Below are positions 35,717 through 46,202 of a stretch of DNA of 63,264 nucleotides, piece after piece. A program made the position numbers and the translations under genes. The notes beneath the pieces are model-generated. The model did no database searches and was not told the DNA's origin. It saw nothing but the letters and a program-made list of their open reading frames with translations. Positions within the stretch are counted from its first letter, which is position 1. Each line of letters opens with the position of its first letter. Source of the DNA: Candidatus Uhrbacteria bacterium (GTDB lineage: Bacteria; Patescibacteriota; Patescibacteriia; UBA9934; GWF2-40-263). Location: assembly GCA_016188475.1 (NCBI GenBank), contig JACPHT010000004.1, forward strand, positions 1-63,264. The letters are read 5' to 3'.

Positions 35717-36085
35717 ATGACGGATTTTCGTCGTGAATTTGGAACTTTCGTTGAAAAAGCTGTTGCAAAGTATTTGGAAAACAACGGGTTTCGTATTCTT
35801 AGACACCAATACAAATCTCCATTTGGAGAAATCGACCTTGTTTGCCAAGATGGCGACGAGGTCGTTTTTGTTGAAGTAAAAGCGCGTCACACATCAACAT
35901 TTGGATATCCTGAAGAAAGTGTTACGCCACATAAACTTCGCCATATTGTCCGGTGCGGGCAGTCTTATCTTCAATCTAGAAATATCAACACTTCATGGAG
36001 AATTGACGTTATCGCTGTTGAATTTTCAGAAAGCATTTGTATTACACATTTGAAGGCCATTGACATTCCGGACGGTGTTTGGTAA
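35717..36085 (+). CDS. yraN: YraN-family (UPF0102) endonuclease-like protein
   Basis: EKAVAKYLENNGFRILRHQYKSPFGEIDLVCQDGDEVVFVEVKAR...ESVTPHKLRHIVRCGQSYL matches the YraN signature, with the E-x-D...E-x-K PD-(D/E)xK core. Confidence 0.8.
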   Translation: MTDFRREFGTFVEKAVAKYLENNGFRILRHQYKSPFGEIDLVCQDGDEVVFVEVKARHTSTFGYPEESVTPHKLRHIVRCGQSYLQSRNINTSWRIDVIAVEFSESICITHLKAIDIPDGVW

Positions 36086-36141
36086 AGTTAGCTTACTGTT
36101 GAACCTGTCGAAAGACGGGTTTATTTATTAAAATAAACACT

Positions 36142-37344
36142 ATGCCCTCTGCCATCGAACAAGCTATCAGACAAATAGTCGAAGAAAAAGGTCTTCAATA
36201 CGAAGCTGTAATTGATGCGATCGAGTCAGCTCTTGCGGCCGCATATAGAAAAGATTTTGGTGACAAAAATCAAAACATTGAAACCAAATTTGATCCAACC
36301 GACGGCTCAATGAAAGTTTGGGATGTAAAGACCGTTATTGAAGATATTGATTTGGAAGAGTTGGAACGTCAAGATGAAGCGCGTCGTCAAAAGGCTGAAG
36401 AGCTTGCTCTTCAAATTGAGGAAGCAAGAAAAAACGGTGAGCCTATTCCTGCTGTTTCGCTTGAGGAAGACATTGGGCTTCGTTTTAATCCAAAAACAGA
36501 TATCATGCTTTCTGAAGCAAAAATTTTAAAACACAGCGCGAAGATTGGGGACGTTATCAGAAACGAACTTCCTCAAGCTGAAGAGTTTGGTCGCATGGCC
36601 GCGATGACTGCAAAGCAAGTCATCACACAAAAATTACGCGAAGCAGAGCGAGAAGTGGTTTACAATGAATACAAAGAACATGAAGGAGAAATAATGAACG
36701 GAACTGTTCAACGTCGGGAAGGGCGAGTCGTTCTTGTTGATCTTGGACGTACGACCGCGATCATGCGTCCTGAAGATCAAATTACTTCAGAGCGATATAA
36801 TACCGGAGATCGAATCAAAGTTTATATTCGCCAAGTTGGGCTTACAACAAAAGGTCCTGAAATTTTAGTTTCACGAACATCAGAAGAGATGGTTCGAAAA
36901 TTATTTGCTGTTGAAATTCCTGAAATCTCGGAAGGATCAGTTGAAATTCGAGCGATCGCGCGCGAGGCTGGCTCAAGATCCAAAGTCGCTGTTTCAACTC
37001 CAGATGAATCAATCGATCCGATCGGCGCGTGTATTGGTCAGCGCGGAACTCGTATTCAAACAATTATTTCAGAACTCGGAGGTGAGAAAGTTGACATAAT
37101 TGAATGGAACAACAATCCAGTTGAGTTTATTACGCACTCTCTTTCACCGGCAAAAGTCATATCAGTGACTTTGGATGAAAAAGAGCATTCTGCTTTTGTA
37201 AAAGTGAATGCTGACCAGTTGTCGCTTGCCATTGGAAAGGGCGGTCAGAACGTTCGTCTTGCAGCTCGGCTTACAGGATGGAAAATCAATATAGGGGAAG
37301 CTGAAGAGGAAGAAAAGGAAGAAGATAATTCAACGACTCCATGA
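36142..37344 (+). CDS. nusA: transcription termination/antitermination factor NusA
   Basis: It has the N-terminal NusA domain, an S1 domain (GEIMNGTVQRREGRVVLVDLG) and two KH domains (..DPIGACIGQRGTRIQ.., ..LAIGKGGQNVRLAARLTGW..). Confidence 0.95.
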   Translation: MPSAIEQAIRQIVEEKGLQYEAVIDAIESALAAAYRKDFGDKNQNIETKFDPTDGSMKVWDVKTVIEDIDLEELERQDEARRQKAEELALQIEEARKNGEPIPAVSLEEDIGLRFNPKTDIMLSEAKILKHSAKIGDVIRNELPQAEEFGRMAAMTAKQVITQKLREAEREVVYNEYKEHEGEIMNGTVQRREGRVVLVDLGRTTAIMRPEDQITSERYNTGDRIKVYIRQVGLTTKGPEILVSRTSEEMVRKLFAVEIPEISEGSVEIRAIAREAGSRSKVAVSTPDESIDPIGACIGQRGTRIQTIISELGGEKVDIIEWNNNPVEFITHSLSPAKVISVTLDEKEHSAFVKVNADQLSLAIGKGGQNVRLAARLTGWKINIGEAEEEEKEEDNSTTP

Positions 37345-37372
37345 CTATATTGACTCTTTTGACTGCTCACTT

Positions 37373-38092
37373 ATGAACATTTTTCAAACGTTTCTTGTTC
37401 AGCCACTTTTTAACTTGCTTGTTTTTCTTTATGACGCGATTCCCGGTTCGGATATGGGAGTCGCTATTATTTTACTCACGCTCATTATCAAATTTATTCT
37501 TTGGCCGTTCATGAACTCGTCTTTGAAGTCACAGAAAGCGATGCAAGAGATTCAACCAAAGATCGAGGAGCTTAAGCAGACTCACAAGGATGACAAAGAA
37601 GCGCTTGCAAAAGCAATGATGACTTTGTATCAACAAGAAAAAGTAAATCCACTATCGTCTTGTCTTCCGCTTATTATCCAGTTTCCTATTTTGATTGCGC
37701 TTTATCGAGTTCTTTTGAAAGGGTTTGATCCGTCAGCATTGAACATGCTTTATTCTTTTGTTCCAAATCCTGGCGAGATTCACAAATTTTTTCTTGGTTT
37801 TGTGGATCTTTCTGTTCCAAGTATTTGGCTTGCTGTTTTGGCTGGAGTGTTTCAATTCTTTCAATCAAGAATGTTGATGTCTAAACAACCTCCCAAACAA
37901 GTCGCAGGAACTACTGGCGCAAAAGATGAAACAATGCTCGCATCCATGAATAAGTCCATGCTGTATTTCATGCCAGTTATGACAGTCGTAATTGGTGTTA
38001 GTCTCCCTGGCGGATTGGCTTTATATTGGGTAACAGTTACTCTGTTTTCGATTGTTCAACAAGTGGTTGTTTTTAGAAAGAAGAAACAGTAA
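37373..38092 (+). CDS. yidC: membrane protein insertase YidC (short form)
   Basis: 239 aa. MQEIQPKIEELKQTHKDDKEALAKAMMTLYQQEKVNPLSSCLPLIIQFPILIALY matches the YidC/Oxa1 core. It has five TM helices. Confidence 0.9.
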   Translation: MNIFQTFLVQPLFNLLVFLYDAIPGSDMGVAIILLTLIIKFILWPFMNSSLKSQKAMQEIQPKIEELKQTHKDDKEALAKAMMTLYQQEKVNPLSSCLPLIIQFPILIALYRVLLKGFDPSALNMLYSFVPNPGEIHKFFLGFVDLSVPSIWLAVLAGVFQFFQSRMLMSKQPPKQVAGTTGAKDETMLASMNKSMLYFMPVMTVVIGVSLPGGLALYWVTVTLFSIVQQVVVFRKKKQ

Positions 38093-38103
38093 GATTGGTC
38101 GGT

Positions 38104-39033
38104 ATGTCGCAACCGACAGATCTTGAACTTTCAATTTTTCGCACACTCTGTTGGTTTTCTGTTTTTCATTATCCACTAACGACTTTTGAAATTTGGAAAT
38201 GGTTGTTGCGCCCTGTGCGATCTTACGATTTGTTTGAGGTTACACAGTCGATTACAAACAGTGGTTGGCTTAAAGAAAAATTGAATCAGAAAGATGGTTT
38301 TTGGACACTTCGCTACGATCCCAATTTATCAATGATCGAAGAACGTCATAAACGATTTTTGAATGCTATTGTTAAATATCGCAAACTTAGTCGAGCCAGT
38401 TATTTTTTCCAACTCTTGCCAAGTCTTAAGACTGTCGCATCAGCAAATACTCTTGCGTGGTGGCATACAACAAATGAAAGTGATATTGATTTATACATAA
38501 TGACAGATCCGAACAGAATATGGTCGACGCGTTTTTTTCTTGTTTTGCCGTTTGCTGTTTGTGGAAATCGGCCGAAACGTTTTGAAAATGTGAAGGTGAA
38601 CGATCCGTTTTGTTTCAGTTTTTTCACGACAACGGAAGCTATTCAGATGGAATCGCTTAAATGTGCGCAGGAAGATCTGTATCTTGCGTATTGGATTAAA
38701 TCGCTTGTTCCAATTATTGATCGTTCAGATTTTTTTTCACAACTTTCATCTGTGAATCGTTGGGTGGATGTTGTTTTACCAAACGCGCATCCGCGTTTAT
38801 TGCATCCGTATCATTGTCAACATAAATTGTTTTCCATTCCTATTCAGTGGTCTTTGTTTGAGTCACTATTTCGTTTTATTCAACGCAGACATTTTCCATC
38901 AAGCATAGCAGAGCTCGCAAACAAAGATTCGCGCGTGGTTGTTTCAGATCAGATTTTGAAGTTTCACAACAGCGATCGTCGTGATCAGTTCATGGATGAA
39001 TTTAAAAAAATTTATGAGAGAGAAATTAACTGA
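38104..39033 (+). CDS. conserved hypothetical protein
   Basis: The ATG at 38104 (MSQPTDLELSIF...) is preferred over the TTG at 38095. No motif is recognised. It overlaps the next gene. Confidence 0.55.
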   Translation: MSQPTDLELSIFRTLCWFSVFHYPLTTFEIWKWLLRPVRSYDLFEVTQSITNSGWLKEKLNQKDGFWTLRYDPNLSMIEERHKRFLNAIVKYRKLSRASYFFQLLPSLKTVASANTLAWWHTTNESDIDLYIMTDPNRIWSTRFFLVLPFAVCGNRPKRFENVKVNDPFCFSFFTTTEAIQMESLKCAQEDLYLAYWIKSLVPIIDRSDFFSQLSSVNRWVDVVLPNAHPRLLHPYHCQHKLFSIPIQWSLFESLFRFIQRRHFPSSIAELANKDSRVVVSDQILKFHNSDRRDQFMDEFKKIYEREIN

Positions 39034-40282
39034 AATTTTTTTACTGTTGACCATTTTTCTTTTACCATGGCAAACGCGATGGATTTTTTCTTTTGCAATG
39101 ATTGGCGGTGAAGCATCACAGTATGGAACATTGTCTTTGTACGCGACAGAATTTATTATTTTTATCGTCGTGTTGTTGCGCGGAAAATGGCAACCAATCG
39201 AAGGAATAAAAAAAATTATTCAGGCTGGATATTTTTTATTTGGAACGGTTTTCTTTTCTCTTGCGTTTACATCGTTTTTTCTAGCAGGAATCGCGCAAAT
39301 TTTCCATTTTATTTTTGCCTTTGCGCTTTTCACACTTTTGTGTGATGTCCGTACTAATATAAAATCTGTTGGCATTGCTTTTATTGCAGGACTTATCATC
39401 CCGTCTGTTCTTGGATTGTGGCAGGTGATATTTGGCGCATCCCCGGCTTCGACATTTTTTGGACTTTCCGCTCAAGATGCGAAGTTCGCAGGAACAGCAG
39501 TTGTTGAAACCGCGACTTCAAGAACATTGCGTGCGCATGGATCTTTTCCTCATCCGAACATTTTTGGCGGTTATATCGCAGTTAGTCTTGTTTCTTTGTC
39601 ATGGATTGTTCGAATGATAAAGACAAAAAAACAGCTTATCATTTCGTCAATTCCTGCTATTTTGTTTTCCGTAACGCTTATTATAACTTTTTCTCGAGGA
39701 GCGTGGATTGCTGTTATTGTCGGATTTTTGATTTTGCTTAGTTTTATGTTTGTGAGACGCCGCGCGGTTCCTTCACGTGTGATTCCTATAATGATCATAG
39801 GTTTTGTTAGTTTGATCGCCACATTTATTATTTTTTATCCGCAAATTTTTGCTCGATTTGAACCAGGTCTTCGTGTTGAAAAAATTTCCATCGAAGAGCG
39901 TGTGTCACAATACTCGTGGTTTGATGACGTGCTCAGACATAATCCATTGTTTGGAGTTGGGCCTGGTGCGTATACGTTTGCTCTTCAAGCGATTGATCCA
40001 GAAAAAGAAGTTTGGAATTACCAGCCGATTCATAACATCTTTTTATTGATTCTCGGCGAGATTGGTATTTTTGGGTTCATAGTATTTTTGAATTTCATTT
40101 TGCGTGTTGATCAGATTAGCGCGCGAGTTTCAAAACAAGCAGGTGGAATGTTTGGGCTGACGCTCGGTGTTGTTTTGATAATACTCGGTTTATTTGATCA
40201 TTATCTTTGGTCGCTTTGGCCGGGTTTGGCGCTTGGAGTTGTTGGAATTTCGCTTATTATTCAATGGTCTAAACAGACTTGA
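39014..40282 (+). CDS. O-antigen ligase (Wzy_C)-family polytopic membrane protein
   Basis: MREKLTEIFLLLTIFLLPWQTRW... It has at least 10 TM helices, the characteristic loop ...TFSRGAWIAVIVGFLILL..., and ...GVGPGAYTFAL... The start is uncertain (38996 or 39014). Confidence 0.65.
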   Translation: MREKLTEIFLLLTIFLLPWQTRWIFSFAMIGGEASQYGTLSLYATEFIIFIVVLLRGKWQPIEGIKKIIQAGYFLFGTVFFSLAFTSFFLAGIAQIFHFIFAFALFTLLCDVRTNIKSVGIAFIAGLIIPSVLGLWQVIFGASPASTFFGLSAQDAKFAGTAVVETATSRTLRAHGSFPHPNIFGGYIAVSLVSLSWIVRMIKTKKQLIISSIPAILFSVTLIITFSRGAWIAVIVGFLILLSFMFVRRRAVPSRVIPIMIIGFVSLIATFIIFYPQIFARFEPGLRVEKISIEERVSQYSWFDDVLRHNPLFGVGPGAYTFALQAIDPEKEVWNYQPIHNIFLLILGEIGIFGFIVFLNFILRVDQISARVSKQAGGMFGLTLGVVLIILGLFDHYLWSLWPGLALGVVGISLIIQWSKQT

Positions 40283-40305
40283 CAGTCTAATTTTTTTTGA
40301 TAAGA
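40278..40305 (+). promoter_or_regulatory. sigma-70-type promoter of groES-groEL (TTGACA-N16-TAAGAT)
   Basis: The hexamers were read directly from the sequence. The promoter lies immediately upstream of the CIRCE element. Confidence 0.6.
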
Positions 40306-40311
40306 TGACGA

Positions 40312-40340
40312 CGCTAGCAGTCATATAAGACGAGTGCTAG
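40312..40340 (+). promoter_or_regulatory. CIRCE-like HrcA operator
   Basis: The sequence gCTAGCAGTC-atataagac-GAGTGCTAGc compares well with the CIRCE consensus TTAGCACTC-N9-GAGTGCTAA. It sits about 90 nt upstream of groES. Confidence 0.75.
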
Positions 40341-40431
40341 CGTATTTTGGGTAGCCTTTAGCCATTAGCCTCTAGCCATTAGGAATGAAATTATCCTAAC
40401 TGCTAACGGCTAAAAGCTAAGGCATATTTTT

Positions 40432-40722
40432 ATGCATCTTATTCCAATATCCGATCACATTGTGGTCAAACCAATTTCCGCAGAAGAAAAGTCAGTTTCA
40501 GGAATAATTATTCCAGACACAGTTAATAAAGAGCGTCCGGAGCGCGGTGAAGTTATCGCGGTTGGTCCTGGCCGCGAACTTGAAAACGGTAGCCGATCTA
40601 AAATGGAAGTCAGTGAAGGTCAAATAGTTTTATTTAAAAAATACGCGCCAGACGAAGTTAAAATGAACAACGAAGAATTTTTGTTAATTCGTATGGAGGA
40701 TGTGATGGGAGTGATTGAATAA
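40432..40722 (+). CDS. groES: co-chaperonin GroES
   Basis: 96 aa. The sequence ...IIIPDTVNKERPERGEVIAVGPG...GQIVLFKKY... fits the Cpn10 family. Confidence 0.95.
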   Translation: MHLIPISDHIVVKPISAEEKSVSGIIIPDTVNKERPERGEVIAVGPGRELENGSRSKMEVSEGQIVLFKKYAPDEVKMNNEEFLLIRMEDVMGVIE

Positions 40723-40826
40723 TAAGTAATTAATAGTCTTGTAGTCGAAAGACAAAGTTTTGGAGTCATAAAGTAAGTCATTTAATACTCCACGCCTCTG
40801 TGATTTCCGACTTCATGACTCCATGA

Positions 40827-42454
<1,628 letters not shown>

Positions 42455-42455
<1 letters not shown>

Positions 42456-42540
42456 AGAAAGGTCTGAAAGGACCGAGAGGTCGGAGATGTTGGAAAGGTC
42501 TGAAAGGACCGAGAGGTCTGAAAGGTCGGAAAGGTTAGGA
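42455..42540. repeat. tandem 9-bp GA(A/G)AGGTC(N) repeat array downstream of groEL
   Basis: gaagaaaggtctgaaaggaccgagaggtcggagatgttggaaaggtctgaaaggaccgagaggtctgaaaggtcggaaaggttagga. Confidence 0.9.
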
Positions 42541-42557
42541 TCGAATGTAAAAAACAT

Positions 42558-42583
42558 AACGGCTCGAGATGAGCCGTTTTTGT
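42558..42583 (+). terminator. intrinsic terminator of the groESL operon
   Basis: The sequence is aacggctc-gagat-gagccgtt followed by tttttg. Confidence 0.8.
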
Positions 42584-42681
42584 TGTACAATCCAGCAATT
42601 TTTGTTAGTATCATTGTATCTTTTACTCTTAATTCTTCTCGGCCATTTCCGACCCTTAAGACCTTTGTGATCTTTTCCATT

Positions 42682-42987
42682 ATGCCTACACAATCAGAAA
42701 AATTTATTTCCGCGATAGGTTATCTTGGGGTTTTGTGTGTTCTTCCTCTTTGGCTCAATCGTCAAAGCGCTTTTTCTCAACATCACGGCAAGCAAGGGTT
42801 GGTTCTTCTTATTGTCTGGATAATATTATGGGTTGGAAATATTGTTCCAGTTTTGGGACAAGTAGTTTGGGTGCTTGGGTCGCTTGTGCTCATCATCCTG
42901 ATAATTCTTGGAATGATTAACGCTTTTGCAGGACGTATGTGGGAAATGCCTATTTTGGGAGCGTATGCGAAAAAATTTAATTTTTAA
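42682..42987 (+). CDS. small membrane protein (three TM helices, DUF4870-like layout)
   Basis: The ATG at 42682 gives MPTQSEKFISAIGYLGVLCVLPLWLNRQSAFSQHHGKQGLVLLIVWIILWV... The ORF-track N-terminal extension (42430-42681) is just the translated 9-bp repeat array. Confidence 0.6.
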   Translation: MPTQSEKFISAIGYLGVLCVLPLWLNRQSAFSQHHGKQGLVLLIVWIILWVGNIVPVLGQVVWVLGSLVLIILIILGMINAFAGRMWEMPILGAYAKKFNF

Positions 42988-43048
42988 CGTAAAGTTTGTT
43001 CTCGCGGCGAGTTGTAGAGGCGATAAAAAATTAGATTGGTTTTTATAG

Positions 43049-43123
43049 AGTAGCTACTGTGCCATGTCTCCGGGCCAACGGACTCTTCGCCGTTGTTCCC
43101 TAAGACATAGCACAGTAGCTACT
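43049..43123. repeat. 75-bp palindromic element, copy A
   Basis: The sequence is agtagctactgtgccatgtct-ccgggccaacggactcttcgccgttgttccct-aagacatagcacagtagctact. The same core occurs at 45500-45571. Confidence 0.85.
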
Positions 43124-43280
43124 GAATAGCTTAATTTAGTGCGTTAACATTTATTCAAAGCGATTTAATTTTTAACGTAAGGTTTGTTCTCGCGATCAGC
43201 CAAAGTGGATTGAAAAATTAGCAAAGTTTACATTCATTCACTTTAGCGTACTGACTGCCAGTTGACCATTGTCAATCATA

Positions 43281-43354
43281 AGAGACAGTTACGGGACACT
43301 TTTTCTGCCGGTGTTTGAATTTAAGGCCAAGAAAAAGTCGTCCCGTCTGTCTCT
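43281..43354 (+). other. long imperfect hairpin (about 23 bp of stem) directly upstream of the prfB RBS
   Basis: The sequence is agagacag-ttacgggac-actttttct ...23-nt loop... agaaaaagt-cgtcccg-tctgtctct. Its function is unknown. Confidence 0.5.
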
Positions 43355-43388
43355 ATAGCACAGACGACAATAAAGAAGGTGGAAATTT

Positions 43389-44517
43389 ATGCAAGAACTT
43401 CTCAATCAAATTCAAGCCCTCCGGGTGAAAGCAGAGAACACCTGGAGGTCTCTTTGACCTCGACACTGTAAAAACGCAACTTGCGGCTTTTGAAGTTGAA
43501 ATGGGAAGACAGGATTTTTGGAATGACAGCGAGAACGCTCGCAAAGTTAGCAAACAAGCCGCAGAATTACGAAATGAACTTTCAATTTGGGAAGGGTTTT
43601 TATCCGAAATTAAAGATCTTGAGGAGGTTGTTGTGCTCGCGCAAAGTGAAAGAGATGATTCTCTTCACTATGAAGTTACAAAAAAAGTTGAGATACTTGA
43701 TAGAAAATTTGAGAGACTTGAATTTGCCACACTTTTTTCCGGCGTTTATGATCAGCGTCCAGCGATTGTCTCAATCCATGCTGGTTCTGGAGGAACAGAA
43801 GCGCAAGATTGGACAGAAATGTTATTTAGAATGTATCTGCGTTTTGCTGAACGTCATGATTGGACAGTTACGATTTTGAGCGAATCGCGCGCCGAAGACG
43901 TTGGAATAAAAAGTATTACAATGCGAATTGAAGGACGATATGCGTACGGATATCTCAAATCCGAAGCCGGCGTGCACAGGCTTGTCCGCATTTCTCCATT
44001 CGATGCTGAAAAAATGCGTCATACTACTTTCGCGCTTGTTGAGGTAATTCCAGAGCTTGATGAAGTTGAAGAAATTGAAATTGATCCAAAAGATTTACGC
44101 ATTGATACGTATATGGCGGGCGGAAAAGGAGGACAAAGCGTGAACACAACTTATTCAGCTGTTCGCATTGTTCATCTTCCAACCAACATTTCAGTTGCAT
44201 GTCAAAATGAACGGTCGCAATTGCAAAACAAAGAAACCGCGATGAAGATTTTGAAATCAAAACTTTTGCAATTACAAGTACAAGAGCAAGAAAAAGAAAA
44301 GAAAGAACTTCGCGGAGAATATCAATCTGCTGAATGGGGGAATCAAATTCGTTCGTACGTTTTGCATCCGTATAAAATGGTAAAAGATCATCGGACAGAG
44401 TATGAAACGTCAGACACTACTTCTGTGCTTGATGGCGAGCTTGAACCGTTTATGGAAGCGTATTTGAGGAAACAACTTACGGACTCGGATCGCTTTTCTA
44501 AAGCAAATAAAGAATAG
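43389..44517 (+). CDS. prfB: peptide chain release factor 2, made by a programmed +1 frameshift (join 43389..43454, 43456..44517)
   Basis: ORF0 is MQELLNQIQALRVKAENTWRSL followed by an in-frame TGA. The site reads GGAGG-tct-CTT-TGA-C (43444-43458). The +1 frame continues DLDTVKTQLAAFEVEMGRQDFW... into the 338-aa ORF, which carries SPF (RISPFDA) and GGQ (GGKGGQSVN). Confidence 0.95.
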
Positions 44518-44564
44518 AATAATGTCAGATTGCTTCGGCCTTTGGCCTCGCAATGACCAAATGT

Positions 44565-45491
44565 ATGTCAAAGTACACAACTGCATTAGTAACAGGCGGC
44601 GCTGGATTCATCGGCTCTCACATTGTTGACGCGCTCATTCGGCGTCGCATTAAAGTTTATGTAGTTGATGATCTGTCAACTGGCAATGCGAAGAACGTTA
44701 ATCCGAACGCGCACTTTACACGGATGTCAATTTTGAATCCGCAGTTTGTTGAGTATCTAAAGCGTGTTAAACCGGATGTTATTTTTCACACCGCGGCTCA
44801 AATAAATTTGCGGGATTCAGTTAAAGATCCGCTCAACGATGCGAAAATAAACATTTTGGGAAGTTTGACGATTGCGCATGTTGCCGGACAAATTGGGGTT
44901 AAGAAAATTATTTTTTCTTCAAGCGGCGGTGCAATGTATCCTGAATCTGCGCGTTTGCCATGGTCTGAAAAAATAATTCCAGATCCATCGTCTCCATACG
45001 CTATTTCAAAACGTTCGGCTGAAATGTATTTTCATTTTGCGTATATGGTGCACGGAGTTCAGTATGTTGCGCTTCGCTACGCGAATGTTTATGGGCCGCG
45101 ACAAAATGCAAAAGGGGAGGCAGGAGTGATTTCTATTCTCACAAGTCAAATGTTAAAAGGAAAACCATCAACGATTTTCGGAACTGGAAAACAAACACGC
45201 GATTTTATTTTTGTTGAAGATGTTGTTGCGGCAAACATAGCCGCGATGAACAAAAAAGTAATCGGTATTTTTAATATCGGTACAGGAAAAGAGACTGACG
45301 TAAATACGATTTTTCACAAATTACAAAAACTCACACACGCTCAACTTCCAGCGCGTCATGAACCAGCGGCAGTTGGAGAGGTTGCGCGTTCAGCGCTTGA
45401 CGCGAGAAAAGCGCGAGAGGTCTTAGGATGGAAACCAAATGTGAAATTGGATGAAGGGTTAGAAAGGACAGTGAGGTGGTTTGGGAAATGA
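44565..45491 (+). CDS. NAD-dependent epimerase/dehydratase (UDP-glucose 4-epimerase-like SDR)
   Basis: It has a Rossmann motif (VTGGAGFIGSH) and the catalytic YxxxK (PYAISKRSAE). The ORF-track ATG at 44553 lies inside a hairpin repeat, so the ATG at 44565 (MSKYTT...) is preferred. Confidence 0.85.
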   Translation: MSKYTTALVTGGAGFIGSHIVDALIRRRIKVYVVDDLSTGNAKNVNPNAHFTRMSILNPQFVEYLKRVKPDVIFHTAAQINLRDSVKDPLNDAKINILGSLTIAHVAGQIGVKKIIFSSSGGAMYPESARLPWSEKIIPDPSSPYAISKRSAEMYFHFAYMVHGVQYVALRYANVYGPRQNAKGEAGVISILTSQMLKGKPSTIFGTGKQTRDFIFVEDVVAANIAAMNKKVIGIFNIGTGKETDVNTIFHKLQKLTHAQLPARHEPAAVGEVARSALDARKAREVLGWKPNVKLDEGLERTVRWFGK

Positions 45492-45499
45492 AAAAGCAT

Positions 45500-45571
45500 G
45501 GAGCAGTTGTGCCATGTCTCCGGGCCATCGGACTGTCGCCGTTGTTCCCTACGACATGGCACAACCGCTCC
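45500..45571. repeat. palindromic element, copy B
   Basis: The sequence is ggagcagttgtgccatgtct-ccgggccatcggactgtcgccgttgttccct-acgacatggcacaaccgctcc. It lies between the epimerase stop and the tsaC start. Confidence 0.85.
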
Positions 45572-45578
45572 TATTATA

Positions 45579-46202
45579 ATGTCGCGAACTATGTTGTCAC
45601 TGGAAAAGGAAGAAATTAGGAAAGCAGTTGTAATTCTCCGCAAAGGCGGGGTTGTTGTGTTTCCAACAGAAACTGCTTACGGGATTGCGGCCGACGCTAC
45701 AAACACGCGTGCTGTTGAAAAAGTAATGGCTATCAAAGGCCGAGCAACAGGGAAAGCGCCGCCGCTTATTGTTGCTGATTTAAAAATGGCGGAAAAACAC
45801 GCTTTGCTTTCTCCGATTTTTGATCAACTTATTTCCAGCTTTTGGCCCGGACCACTAACTATTGTTTCGCCAATTCGCAAAGAATCAACTTTGTCTTCGC
45901 TTGTTGTTCAAGACAACACGATTGCTGTTCGTGTGAGTTCGCATCCGATCGCTCAAGCACTATCGCAATTATTGAATGTTCCGATTGTTGCAACGTCAGC
46001 GAATCTCGCTGGTGAATCTCCTTGTTATGATATTGAGTCAGTGAAAAGACAATTCAAGTCTCAACTTTTGCTACCTGATTTGTATTTGGATGGAGGAGTT
46101 CTTCCAATTCGACAGCCTTCAACTATTATTACAGAAAAAAACGGAAGGACAGTTGTTTTGCGTCAAGGAGAAATTACAATTCCTCAAACGTATGTTGCCT
46201 AG
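45579..46202 (+). CDS. tsaC: L-threonylcarbamoyladenylate synthase (TsaC/YrdC family)
   Basis: ...AVVILRKGGVVVFPTETAYGIAADATN..., ...PLTIV..., ...VATSANLAGE... The start is moved to the ATG at 45579, because the ORF-track start (45498) lies inside the palindromic element. Confidence 0.85.
   Translation: MSRTMLSLEKEEIRKAVVILRKGGVVVFPTETAYGIAADATNTRAVEKVMAIKGRATGKAPPLIVADLKMAEKHALLSPIFDQLISSFWPGPLTIVSPIRKESTLSSLVVQDNTIAVRVSSHPIAQALSQLLNVPIVATSANLAGESPCYDIESVKRQFKSQLLLPDLYLDGGVLPIRQPSTIITEKNGRTVVLRQGEITIPQTYVA

Noticed and set aside
43353-43879. ORFs 43353-43553 (minus strand) and 43481-43879 (plus strand, other frame)
   Set aside because: Both overlap the RF2 gene, whose two-frame structure is fully explained by the programmed frameshift.
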